Part shown: positions 31,345 through 42,048 of the stretch, piece by piece
How positions within the stretch are numbered: the stretch's first letter is position 1
Layout of the letters: each line of letters starts with the position of its first letter
From: an uncultured Gammaproteobacteria bacterium
GTDB lineage: Bacteria > Pseudomonadota > Gammaproteobacteria > JABCZS01
Direction of reading: 5' to 3'
Assembly: GCA_963848305.1 (NCBI GenBank)
Contig: CAWKDC010000001.1
Location: 896,001-960,000 of the forward strand
DNA: 64,000 nt
Notes under the pieces: generated by a model
What the model was told of the DNA's origin: nothing
Seen by the model: only the letters and a program-made list of their open reading frames with translations
Database searches by the model: none
Made by a program: the position numbers and the translations under genes

Positions 31345-33698
31345 TGGCCAAAGGGATTCGAGGATTAGAAGAACGACACGAACAGCGGCAGCAACAGCTG
31401 ATCCGTGACACGCGTCCTTTATTTTCGCGGTTTCTTGATTATTTGAAGGATCCCAACTCTGCGATCGTCATGATGTTTGCGACCGCCGCCGCGACATTTT
31501 TTTTACCGTCAGTGAATGACATCATTTTATTGATCGGCATTCTTTTCTTCACTATTTGCATGACCGGCCATCGTTCACTCCCATTTCGCATGCCCGAACA
31601 TTCGAATATGATGGATGACAACGATCCCGCCCCTGGCTCTAAGAAAGCACGTAAAGCCCGGGGCATTTGTTTTTTCGGCAATGAACAACACACCGGTCTT
31701 GAATTGTGGTTTAACAATGAAGACATGCGGACACACTGTCTTATTTTCGGCTCCACCGGCTCGGGTAAAACACAAACACTGCTGTCACTCTCTTATAACG
31801 CGTTGATACAAGGCAGCGGATTTATTTATGTCGATGGTAAGGGCGATAACAGTTTATTTGCCCAAGTATTTTCCATGGCCCGATTCATGGGCCGTGAAGA
31901 TGATTTATTGCTCATCAATTTCATGACAGGCGCACGGGACATCATGGGTCCTCAAAAAACACGTTTATCAAATACAATGAATCCTTTTTCTGTGGGATCA
32001 TCCGGTATGTGCGGCCAGCTGGTTGTCGGGTTAATGTCCTCCAGCACAGAAGGCACCAATAATGGTGACATGTGGCAGAACCGTGCCATTGCATTCGTCG
32101 AAGCGCTCGTGAAAATTCTCGTGTACATGCGTGACCGCGGCGATATTTTGCTTGATGCGCACACGTTCCGAAATTATTTCGTGTTGCATAAATTAGAAAC
32201 GATTGCACTCGACAAACGTTTTCCGATCGATGAAGAACGCAGCGTCAGCATTGATGATGCACCCGAATTGGTACTTCAACCTCTGGTCAACTATTTGAAT
32301 ACACTGCCCGGCTTTGATCGCAATAAAAAAGGCAAACAAAGTGCTGAAGCACTCGAACAACATGGTTTTATCACCATGCAGCTGACACGGACATTCACGT
32401 CATTGGCAGATACGTATGGTCACATCTTAAGAACTGAATTACCTGAAGTCGATTTTCGCGACGTGGTATTGAATCGACGCATTCTCGTCGTCTTGTTGCC
32501 CGCACTCGAAAAGGCACCCGAAGAATTGGCCAACTTGGGTAAAATCATTGTGGCGTCGATCAAAGCAATGATGGCCTCAGGCTTGGGTGAAGAGGTAGAA
32601 GGTACATATTTGCAAACCGTTGAGCGAAAAATCACGAATGCACCGACGCCTTTCGTCTGCGTACTCGACGAATACGGCTATTATGCGGTGAAAGGTTTTG
32701 CTGTTGTGCCTGCACAGGCCCGTTCTCTCGGGTTCTCTGCCATTTTCGCAGGTCAAGATTTACCCGCTTTCCAGAAGGCCTCAAAAGAAGAAGCCCTGTC
32801 TATCGGTGCAAACACCAACATCAAAATCGCGATGAAATTGGAAGATCCCACAGAAACCTGGGAGTTCTTCCAAAAAACAGCCGGCGAAGCATTGGTCACA
32901 CAATCGGGTGGCTTCCAAACCAACCCGGACAGCGTCAGCGTCAACTATGCGGACACACGCAGTGCGCAAATTGAAAAACGTGCACGGATTGATTTGCTCG
33001 ATTTGAAAGATCAACGCGAAGGGGAAATGCACATCTTCTTCAAATCACGCATTGTGCGCGCCATTTCATTTCATGCTGGCCCAAAACCTGTGAAACACAT
33101 GAAATTAAATCAATTTTTGAAAATCAAAGCGCCTCCAGAAGAGGAGTTGATTGAAACGAATAACCGTTTATTTTATTTCCAGGAAACTTTTAAAAATCCT
33201 GCTAAATTGCGCTCACAGACATTCAACGTGGATCCTGAAATCCAGTTTCTGATTGATTACATGCATGCACATGTCGAGATGCCGAGCAGTCAGCGCGCCG
33301 TCATGGCATTCAAATCCTATTACAATAAAGAAAATGAACATGTGCCGCAAGTCGATACCGTATTGGAAGCACCTGTTGAAGGCATGGATATCCTCACTCA
33401 GCCACAACCTTCCGCTGCCGATCTGGAGCGCATGAACCCCATGGATTTCATGGGCATGCCTGCTTATTCCGGGCCATTGGTCGATAAAGTGGAAACGCGT
33501 AAAGACATTGAACGGATTGAACGTTATTTCGGAGAACCACTGGCACGCGCCAGTGCGAATGCCACCCGCTTACTGCGTGATTTGCGTACCGCGACGAAGT
33601 ATCCGCCGACCAGCAATGTACCTGTGGTCGAACGTGAAGAAATATTACGCGCGATGCGGAATGTGAAGGGGTATTTGGAGAAGTTGAAAGCCGAATAA
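31344..33698 (+). CDS. icmO: Type IV coupling protein IcmO/DotL
   Basis: RTHCLIFGSTGSGKT, YVDGKGD, LDEYGYY, QARSLGF. Confidence 0.95.
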   Translation: MAKGIRGLEERHEQRQQQLIRDTRPLFSRFLDYLKDPNSAIVMMFATAAATFFLPSVNDIILLIGILFFTICMTGHRSLPFRMPEHSNMMDDNDPAPGSKKARKARGICFFGNEQHTGLELWFNNEDMRTHCLIFGSTGSGKTQTLLSLSYNALIQGSGFIYVDGKGDNSLFAQVFSMARFMGREDDLLLINFMTGARDIMGPQKTRLSNTMNPFSVGSSGMCGQLVVGLMSSSTEGTNNGDMWQNRAIAFVEALVKILVYMRDRGDILLDAHTFRNYFVLHKLETIALDKRFPIDEERSVSIDDAPELVLQPLVNYLNTLPGFDRNKKGKQSAEALEQHGFITMQLTRTFTSLADTYGHILRTELPEVDFRDVVLNRRILVVLLPALEKAPEELANLGKIIVASIKAMMASGLGEEVEGTYLQTVERKITNAPTPFVCVLDEYGYYAVKGFAVVPAQARSLGFSAIFAGQDLPAFQKASKEEALSIGANTNIKIAMKLEDPTETWEFFQKTAGEALVTQSGGFQTNPDSVSVNYADTRSAQIEKRARIDLLDLKDQREGEMHIFFKSRIVRAISFHAGPKPVKHMKLNQFLKIKAPPEEELIETNNRLFYFQETFKNPAKLRSQTFNVDPEIQFLIDYMHAHVEMPSSQRAVMAFKSYYNKENEHVPQVDTVLEAPVEGMDILTQPQPSAADLERMNPMDFMGMPAYSGPLVDKVETRKDIERIERYFGEPLARASANATRLLRDLRTATKYPPTSNVPVVEREEILRAMRNVKGYLEKLKAE

Positions 33699-33706
33699 TT
33701 GGCCTG

Positions 33707-33736
33707 TTGGAGGGGCGCATATTTGCGCCCCTCCAA
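33707..33736. terminator. REP-derived 13-bp hairpin between convergent icmO and dotA2
   Basis: TTGGAGGGGCGCA-tatt-TGCGCCCCTCCAA. Confidence 0.6.
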
Positions 33737-33756
33737 TGGAGCGAAGATCACCCCCA

Positions 33757-36285
33757 CTACTTCCTCCCAAGCAGCTTCTCGGCATCGCTAATCCCACCGC
33801 CGGCTCTACGCTGCTGGCTGCGTTCGTATATCGCGCGCTTGTGGGGATCTTTCTTGAAGATCTCCTCTCTCTTTTCTTTCTCTTGGTCAGAATCACCCTC
33901 AGCGCCCGCCGCTTGAAGCTCAATATCCAGATTTGCTTCAGCCATTTGCTCTATGTTAGAAGCAGCACGGTACATATCGGCTTTCTCAGGAATAGCGTAA
34001 CCGCCAGCAGCAGCCCCTGCGCCCGCTTCCACGCCCTGTTTCGCCGCACCAATGGCTTCTTTCGCGCCTTTCACACCCATGGATTGATCGCCAATCCAAG
34101 CCAATACACGGTTCGGGACGACATTAATCAATGAATAAGCTTCTGTGATCACAAACGTGAATGCACCTGTATACGCAGTTAAAATCGCCACAAACCCAAA
34201 CATATTGTCGACACGGAACGATCCGCCAATGATGGTTAAGAAACCGATATTCAATATTTCAACGACAATCCATGACACAATCATCGCAGCAGCCAAACCA
34301 ATGATCATCATGGAAGGACGCAAAAATAAATTCAGGATCAACATCAACGCAGGCGCAGCACGTCCCCACACCTCGCTTTTGGTTTCAGGGAAAATCAACC
34401 CGATCGAGACCAAAGGCGCTGCCGCCACCGATTCCACACATTGCAATAACCAACCAATCACACCGGTGAGGAAAGTCATGTAGGGAATCAGTGGAATAAA
34501 CACACCCAGTACCGCGCCATTGGTGTACATAAAACCGGCCAAGGCGAGCATCAATGGGGCGAGCACATACGTCACAACCCGCATCAAATTAGCACCAGGA
34601 CTGATCCACTGAGCAAATGAAGCACTGATGGTCGCAAGCAATGTGGCCATCGTCATCGCCACCATCATCGTGACCGCACCCGCCTGAAGAGATTCGCCAT
34701 AGAGCGCAGCACGGCTGATCGGATTTTGTGAAGCCAAGCCGGAGATTAATGTGGGTGATTCTCTGCTCTCACCTGTCAAGTATTGAATATACTTGTCAAT
34801 TGAGCTGATGGTTGCACCACTTAACGGATCACCTCCCGAGTTTTTTTGCACTTTTTCACGTAATTTTTCCACTTTCTCTTTGCTGATGGGTGAATGCGAG
34901 TTGCGCTGCAGGGTACTCTGACCTTGTTCCACCATGTACTCTGATCCGGGAACGCTATACATCGCGGCAGGCTGGGTCGTCAGGTAGGTTTGATAAAATT
35001 GTTTGGCACGTTCATAATATTTGTGGGGATCTTCTCTATCGGCCACATCCACACGGGACAGTTTATTCTCGGGGATCACAAATGTTTCAACCAGCCTTTC
35101 ATTCATCCCGCGGAAATTGGACAACACCGCAAAATAATTCCCTGCGAGCATCCAACCATATTGTGCGTAAGGCGCCAACGAATATTCTTGCGCAGGAGAT
35201 CCTGGCTTGAAAATTTTCTCATAACTCACGATATACCGAATGTACGATTCCATAGATTGTGCCGCATCAGCATAATATCGTTTAAATTGCGTGGGATCCT
35301 CCGCTTCGGAGCTGCTCACAATATAATTGGCGACTTTTCTCAAGTTTTTGGCGGCATTCATTAATCCAAACATATACACGTTTGCCTTGGACATGTCTTC
35401 TGCCACTGCTGTATCGGCAGGATCCGTACCTGCAATCGTGTAGCGTATGTATCCACATTCAGAGCCGCGACGCGCATCGTTGATGGGGAACTCATGATCG
35501 TATTTGCTCTGATCACCAAACATCAATAAATAGTAGATCGGCGCTTTAGCATCGGGCTGTTCACCCAACACCACGTAGGGTTCCCTGCGACGGCCGCCTG
35601 CATTTTCAACCGCTTGAGGATCTTGATTGAAGGCTTCCACGCACACCATGCTGCGTAACAAACCCAATTTGGCATCGCCAATCTTCCCGTAAGGCGTATC
35701 GATGTTCACATCGGATTGAGTCGAGTAGGTATAATTCATGTTGTCATAACTGAAAATCGTCGCGGGCGTTTGCGTGCTGTTCACAGCGATCGCACCCCCC
35801 TTGTCAAAATAATCCACCATGTCGGTTCATAGTGTGTCGGCAGCACCCACACCATTCAGGATCAGCCACATCACAAGATATTGCGCCAAGCAATAACCGG
35901 AACCCGCTTTGGGCACCAATAACGCAATGCCCACAACAATGCGGATCGGCATCCACATCGCATTCCATTTTTCACCGAGCGGTTTCCCTTCGCTGGCACT
36001 GTTCACTGCGCCCGCAGTGAGTGTGTAGGTCACAATGATGATCCCCACGACCAACACTACCTGGTTGAAAATGCCGAATAAACGTGCCAACAATTGCATG
36101 TAGGGGCTGACAATCGCGCCTTTAGAAGGAACCAAATCACTGCCAAAAATATTGGCGAGGTACCACAGGGATAAATCTTTACTCGTGGGTGTGAAAAAAT
36201 CAAGGTTGGGCATGTCAAATGCAAGCGCTGTGGAAGCGCAGAAGCATAAACCCATTATCAGGGCAAGACGGTACATCCCGATCAT
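33757..36285 (-). CDS. dotA: DotA paralog 2; in-frame TGA at 35827-35829 where a conserved Trp is expected
   Basis: DLSLWYLANIFG, WMPIRIVVG, GVGAAD, YGWMLAGNY, ESVAAAPLV, LNLFLRPS; both ORFs share a frame. Confidence 0.85.
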
Positions 36286-38657
36286 TAGGTGGCCCCTCCC
36301 TTACCTTTCCCTTCCTCTTCCAGAGCCTTTTTGCGTTCCTTCATACTCGCTTGACCACGGTACATATCCGCTTTCTGCGTAAATGCAGCGCCTCCAGCCA
36401 CGGCACGGCCGCCGGCTTCAGCGCCTTGTTTCGCACCACCAATCGCTTCCTCAGCACCCTTGACGCCCATGGATTGATCGCCGATCCAATGCAAGACGCG
36501 GTTAGGCAGGACATTGATGAGGGAATAAGTTTCTGTCACGACATACGTAAACGTCGCGACGTAAGCAGCCATGATCGTCACAAATCCAAACATATTTTCC
36601 ACGCGGAAAGTACTGCGAGTGAGGGTGAGGAAACCAATATTTAATATTTCAATCACGACCCAAGTCAAGATCATCGCAGCCGCAAACCCGATGATCATCA
36701 AAGAAGGGCGCAAAAATAAATTCATCGTGAGCATGTATGCGGGTGCAGCCCTGCCCCAAATTTCTTCTTTCGATTCAGGTAAGACCAACCCTACGGCAAC
36801 CAAGGGTGCTGCCGCCACCGATTCCACCACTTGTAATAACCAACCCACCACGCCGGTTAAAAAAACAAGATAAGGAATGAGGGGAATGAAAACGCCCAGC
36901 ACCACCCCTTCACCATACATGAATCCACCCAATGCGATAATCAGGGGAGCCACAATATTGGTAATACCTGCAAACCCGTGCCCAACGGGATTCATGGCGC
37001 CATAAACAGATGATGCGAGAATAGTGGCCATCCACACGGCTCCCAAACTGACCATTAACCCAATGGCTGCCTCTGTCAATAGTTTTCCGTAAATAGACGC
37101 CTCAAGGATCGGATCTTGGCTGACCAACCGGCCGCCGCCAGGATTGCCTGATAAATGCTGAATGAATTCTTTAACAGCGGCTGTCGTCGTAACCGATGTG
37201 GCATTGGGATTATGATGACCCACGGCTTCTTGGAGCGCAGCCATTTCATCTTCACGCAAGGGTGATGCGGTGCCGTTTGGTGATGAAGTATGTTCACGCT
37301 GCCAATCCGAATCTGGCGCATCGTACATGGCCTGTTGGTTGGTTTGAAACTCAGTGAAAAAGGTGTCAATGACAGTTTTAGATTGTGAATCATGCCCCTC
37401 AATCCCATTCCAAACGGGAGCCGAGTAGGTGACAACAGTCGGCGCTTTCGAAGACTCAGGCCGCACAAATGTCCCGCCCGACATGGCCGAGCCGCTGCCA
37501 CAACCTTGACGGCCGCCCCAGCAGGATAAAGTCGTGTAATAATTACCTGCCAAAATCCAACCATATTTTTTAAAATCATCTAGATCTGATGTCGGCGTTG
37601 AGGTGACTGGTTTTTGCAAAATTGGTTGGTTGCGCACGATATCGTTGATATAAATTTGCATGGCACGGTTGGCATCCGTGTAATATTCAGACCATTGTGT
37701 ATCAGGTTTATTTTGGGCAACGGCCTCTGCCAACGCCCCCGTATTGCTGGCCAGCGATTGCAGCGCCATGCCATACACCAAATTCACAGTCGCCTGATCC
37801 GCAAAGGTAATGCCTTCTTCTTGCATTTCTGTTGACGTCAGACTGGATTTAAGGGTGACATAACCACACTCGGCTCCGCCCTCTATTTTATTATTTTCGT
37901 AACGAAATTTTTCAGGATCACCAAAAATCAGGAAGAATTCAGGAGGTTGATCAGTCACTGGCGTTTTGGTGTACATTTTAAATTTTTTATGTTCCCGATC
38001 CTGCTCAGGCTGTGCATTGAACTTATCCATGCAGGCATCACTGCGCAATAAAGAAACCTCATGCTTAACCGCCGGAGAGCCTACTGTGCTATTGGCCAAT
38101 AATGCATAGGTATAATTCATGTTATCGTAGGTGAATGGGGTGGAGTTTACCAAATTATTGGTCGTAGAAGACGTATAAATCATGCCGCCACTTTTAAAGT
38201 AATCGATCATCGTGCTCCATACCGTGTCGGCAGCGCCAATGCCTTGCATCGTCAGCCAAATCACGACATATTGCGCCATGCAATAACTGGAACCCGCTTT
38301 GGGGATCAACAGACCCACACCTGTGGCAATGCGAACGGGGATCCACAAAGAGCCCATTTTCTCACCCAACGGTTTTCCTTCTGCCGCCGTATTCAACGTA
38401 CCGATTAAAATCGTGTAAACCAAAATAATCAATGCCACGGCCAACACCACGGAATTGAATACACCGAATAAACGGGATAATAATTTGATGTTGGGGATAT
38501 TTTCCCCAGGAATTAATTCGCTGCCAAAAATATTGCCCAAATACCACAGGGACAAATCCTCTGGAACGGGCGTGAAAAGCGTAGGGAAGCTCGGGGCAGC
38601 CAATGCAGCTGTGGCGAATAACATCAGTATCAGAGCACTGATCACGCGACTCGACAT
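36285..38657 (-). CDS. dotA: DotA paralog 1
   Basis: DLSLWYLGNIFG, WIPVRIATG, QGIGAAD, YGWILAGNY, VESVAAAPLV, LFLRPSLM, LPNRVLHWIG. Confidence 0.9.
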   Translation of the reverse strand: MSSRVISALILMLFATAALAAPSFPTLFTPVPEDLSLWYLGNIFGSELIPGENIPNIKLLSRLFGVFNSVVLAVALIILVYTILIGTLNTAAEGKPLGEKMGSLWIPVRIATGVGLLIPKAGSSYCMAQYVVIWLTMQGIGAADTVWSTMIDYFKSGGMIYTSSTTNNLVNSTPFTYDNMNYTYALLANSTVGSPAVKHEVSLLRSDACMDKFNAQPEQDREHKKFKMYTKTPVTDQPPEFFLIFGDPEKFRYENNKIEGGAECGYVTLKSSLTSTEMQEEGITFADQATVNLVYGMALQSLASNTGALAEAVAQNKPDTQWSEYYTDANRAMQIYINDIVRNQPILQKPVTSTPTSDLDDFKKYGWILAGNYYTTLSCWGGRQGCGSGSAMSGGTFVRPESSKAPTVVTYSAPVWNGIEGHDSQSKTVIDTFFTEFQTNQQAMYDAPDSDWQREHTSSPNGTASPLREDEMAALQEAVGHHNPNATSVTTTAAVKEFIQHLSGNPGGGRLVSQDPILEASIYGKLLTEAAIGLMVSLGAVWMATILASSVYGAMNPVGHGFAGITNIVAPLIIALGGFMYGEGVVLGVFIPLIPYLVFLTGVVGWLLQVVESVAAAPLVAVGLVLPESKEEIWGRAAPAYMLTMNLFLRPSLMIIGFAAAMILTWVVIEILNIGFLTLTRSTFRVENMFGFVTIMAAYVATFTYVVTETYSLINVLPNRVLHWIGDQSMGVKGAEEAIGGAKQGAEAGGRAVAGGAAFTQKADMYRGQASMKERKKALEEEGKGKGGAT

Positions 38658-38674
38658 ATAAACCCCCTGCTTCT

Positions 38675-39113
38675 TTAGAATGAAGATCGTAAATATTCTT
38701 GAAATGTGCAACCCAATTTACGTTGCTTTAATTGAAATAACCAAAAATGACTGCGAAATGCATACGAAAACGCCATGAGCGCCACCAAGAACGCCACAAA
38801 CATCCCCGTCCAATAGGCGTGGAATGCAAGCCATATCGCGTAAATGATCACGCATACCCCTGAGACCAAATACAACAAAGTTTGGATCAAAAACATTTTC
38901 CGGCGATCGACCAAATCAGATTCAGTCAATCTCAAGCGTGCAACCGCTTCATCGAATGTTTCTGAAGGCACCTTTCTCCTGTTTGCTCCGAAAAAAAACT
39001 GATACAAAAATATCTTTCATCAAATTAAAGACACCGACCGCAATGCCAATGCCCAACCAATCACTCAACGTGTTCTTGGATTTGATCAATCGCCTTTTGA
39101 AAAAACCTGCCAT
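38675..39113 (-). CDS. icmV: IcmV; apparent frameshift in an A8 run near 38995
   Basis: ETFDEAVARLRLTE, AFRSHFWLFQLKQRKLGCTFQEY; upstream of dotA. Confidence 0.88.
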
Positions 39114-40525
39114 GATGAGGTAACCTCCCCGTAACGTTGTTGCAATGCCAAGAAAATCAGAACGCCACACAGCGTCAATGTGGTGGGGATATACGCGGCA
39201 GCAGTCAAAGCCAAGCCATACACGCCCAATAGTCCAAAAATAGCATAAATAAAACACAGGGCTTTAAAAAATTTGGTGAAATTTTCCCGCACGCGCCGCT
39301 CACGACGGCCTAACGTATCAGGCGACATGTCCACCATGCTGCGCATCCATAATCCACCGTTTCTCATCGCGCACAGCATGCCCGCTACCAGTAATATCAA
39401 CACAATACTGAAGCCATTAAATGAGAATTGTGCCAACGCATCCGTGATCGGTGTTGTGGCAAAATGCAATTGCGGCACCCACGTCCAGAATTCAGCATTG
39501 ATCGATGGGAACACTGACAAGAAAAAAGCGGCCAGCGCAACAGGGACGATCAATCCCACGATCAACAATGTTCGTGAGGTCAACAATTGTGCCAATAAAA
39601 CACTGAGTGGCGCAACCATGAAGAAGCTACAACCAATGATTAAGGTGGGCCAATTGCGCGCAACTTTATCGAAAGACGCATAGTGTGTGTTCAAGCCTTG
39701 CGCCAATTGATCTTGCATCCCATCCGGCAACCCCAACAAAGCGAATTGTGTAAAAACCCATGTACCGATCAAAAAGCCCATTAACGCGACATACAGTAAT
39801 GGCATGCTTGTGTCCGTTTTTTTTGCGTGATTCACCATGCGCTTGAAAATGGAAGTCGATTTGTTTAACGCAAAAATGGAGAATAAAAACAAGAAAAAAC
39901 TCATTTGCGGAAAAGTGAAAATATGTTCAAAACCGAGCAGGCGACTGCTCAAGTACAACAATTGTTGCGTGACCAAAATGATCAACACACTCACCAAAAA
40001 AATCACGCCCCCAATGGCCACAAAATCCAAGAGCCAAGGCAAGATATCTTTCTTCTCATAAAAACGCAACAAGAAACCCGAATAATGCCGTTGATGTTTC
40101 AACCAGCGCGCGGCCATCATGCACACCAACGCAAATAACCAGGCTTGCAGGAATAATCGAATGACATACGCCATGCTTTCTGCCCCGGGCAATGTGACCC
40201 AGAGCGCTGTCTCAGTATCGGTGGCAATGAGGGGTTGGAATGATAAGCTGAAATAAGCAATCATGAATAAGGTGACCAAGCTGCCGAGTGATAGCGCAAT
40301 GATTTTGCCGATCGCACTGACAGGATGCATGGTGTTATTCGACACGGATGGATTTGATTGATACAACATTAAAAACAAGGGCACCAATACCACAAACAAA
40401 CTGGGCAACCATACGTTCATCACCCTGTCGGCATACATCATGAACGCGAGCGGCACAAGGTTCATGGCAATAATCGCTGTCGCCCAGGCCTTCGGTTTGA
40501 GTATTGGCAACATCTTTGGATGCAT
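39086..40525 (-). CDS. Polytopic membrane protein (roughly 12 or more TM segments) between icmX and icmV
   Basis: 479-aa hydrophobic ORF tightly coupled to both neighbours. Confidence 0.7.
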   Translation of the reverse strand: MHPKMLPILKPKAWATAIIAMNLVPLAFMMYADRVMNVWLPSLFVVLVPLFLMLYQSNPSVSNNTMHPVSAIGKIIALSLGSLVTLFMIAYFSLSFQPLIATDTETALWVTLPGAESMAYVIRLFLQAWLFALVCMMAARWLKHQRHYSGFLLRFYEKKDILPWLLDFVAIGGVIFLVSVLIILVTQQLLYLSSRLLGFEHIFTFPQMSFFLFLFSIFALNKSTSIFKRMVNHAKKTDTSMPLLYVALMGFLIGTWVFTQFALLGLPDGMQDQLAQGLNTHYASFDKVARNWPTLIIGCSFFMVAPLSVLLAQLLTSRTLLIVGLIVPVALAAFFLSVFPSINAEFWTWVPQLHFATTPITDALAQFSFNGFSIVLILLVAGMLCAMRNGGLWMRSMVDMSPDTLGRRERRVRENFTKFFKALCFIYAIFGLLGVYGLALTAAAYIPTTLTLCGVLIFLALQQRYGEVTSSWQVFSKGD

Positions 40526-40527
40526 AT

Positions 40528-41544
40528 CTACTGTCCTATGGTTTGATTCATGAGTTCTTCAGTATTGACTTCCGATCCCACCGCCTCAGCCTGTGCACCT
40601 TGTGCATTCAACTGGGATAATAACGCGACCTGTGCAGCCATCAACGCTTCCATGCGGCTGGATTGTTCATATTTTTTCACGTCTAAATAAATTTGAAGGG
40701 CTTGTATATTCGCTATTTCACGCAAAACGCCAGCTTGAGATAATTTATTCATCGCATCAGACCAGTCTGCATTGGCATAACGACGCGATGCTTCAAAGTT
40801 GATCAATTCCATGAAACTCGCTGCACCATTGCTGCCAATAGGCAAGTCTTTTGCGACATCCGCAATGCGCTTACGTTCTGCAAAAATGGCCAGCAAAGAA
40901 TTTTGCGCAACCGTCAACGCAGGTTGTTGACGAAAAGCCATATTGAAATATTTTTTTCCTTCCACAGTAATACCGTCTGAAGGATCTTTCTTGTTTTCAT
41001 ATACTTTTTCAGGATTAAAATCGAAAGGTTTTGGATTCGACAAGTTGATGATGTACTGCAAAGCAGCATTCTCTTCTGTTGTATTGGTATACGCCAATTT
41101 GTCCAGTAAAAAATACGCCAAGACATCATTACCTACTCCGGGGTTTTTGTATTCACAAGCTTGAATATTATTTTTATCTGTTTTGCCACAATAAGCCAAA
41201 CGGGCACCATAATAGTTGTCGGCAGATTGTTTTGGGGTGTAAATATTATAATTTGCAAAATCCCTCAGGCGTTGCTCTTGCTCAATGGAACTGATTTGCT
41301 CTGCAGGTAACATATTGCTACCCATTGCTTGAGTGACATCCAAATAAGGAGGCCACATATATTGCAATAAATTTTGTGCGCCTGCATTTTCAGCAGAGAC
41401 CACGCCCAAATAATATTTGAGATCTGTGAACAATTCTTTTTCAGCATTGATCAGATCATCAATGCTGCTGGCTGCTTGTGCGGGAATAACGCTGGATAAA
41501 CCCATTGATACTATTGCTAGCGATAAAAAACGCTTCATGCTCAT
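40528..41544 (-). CDS. icmX: IcmX-like periplasmic protein
   Basis: Signal peptide; C-terminal SRRY...W...VLREIA...QIYL...RMEAL pattern; located in the icmW-icmV-dotA block. Confidence 0.7.
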   Translation of the reverse strand: MSMKRFLSLAIVSMGLSSVIPAQAASSIDDLINAEKELFTDLKYYLGVVSAENAGAQNLLQYMWPPYLDVTQAMGSNMLPAEQISSIEQEQRLRDFANYNIYTPKQSADNYYGARLAYCGKTDKNNIQACEYKNPGVGNDVLAYFLLDKLAYTNTTEENAALQYIINLSNPKPFDFNPEKVYENKKDPSDGITVEGKKYFNMAFRQQPALTVAQNSLLAIFAERKRIADVAKDLPIGSNGAASFMELINFEASRRYANADWSDAMNKLSQAGVLREIANIQALQIYLDVKKYEQSSRMEALMAAQVALLSQLNAQGAQAEAVGSEVNTEELMNQTIGQ

Positions 41545-41936
41545 TGTGAGACTCCTGTACACACTACTTTAGGGACGCCCATGGAATAGACTGTTTTACA
41601 GACTTTATTCGTCCACTGGCGTGGACCGGGATCAAATTTTACTTCTCGTTTTAAAACGCCCGCTTCGATGCGTTTTTGCCAATCACTTTTCAGGATCGAA
41701 CAACTGCTGAGACTGCACGTGTCCGTTGGATTGGGAATATGGTACTCTGCAATGCCTGCTTGATAATTAGCGGTTAACATTTTTGAATAATTCGTTGCGC
41801 ATGCATCGGTAGGTTTGTTGCAGGCGTTGACGATGCGGAAAGGCGTATAGTTTGACAATGCTGCATGACTGGTGGTGAATAGGCTGATTAAGAGCAGCAT
41901 CGCCGCGGTGATTGCGTGTAATAAGTTGTGCTTCAT
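41541..41936 (-). CDS. Small exported Cys-containing protein
   Basis: Signal peptide (SHA-A), 6 Cys, stop overlaps the icmX start. Confidence 0.6.
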   Translation of the reverse strand: MKHNLLHAITAAMLLLISLFTTSHAALSNYTPFRIVNACNKPTDACATNYSKMLTANYQAGIAEYHIPNPTDTCSLSSCSILKSDWQKRIEAGVLKREVKFDPGPRQWTNKVCKTVYSMGVPKVVCTGVSQ

Positions 41937-42017
41937 GTTCTATCTCACGAAAGTTAGTTTACGGTTTTATGCTAACTGCGCTTGTATTCGAACTACAACC
42001 ATTCATATTAAATTTCT

Positions 42018-42039
42018 GGGCGGGAGTACCCGCCCCTAC
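42018..42039 (-). repeat. GTAG-type REP palindrome
   Basis: Minus strand GTAGGGGCGGGTACTCCCGCCC just after the icmW stop. Confidence 0.7.
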
Positions 42040-42048
42040 ACTATTATA

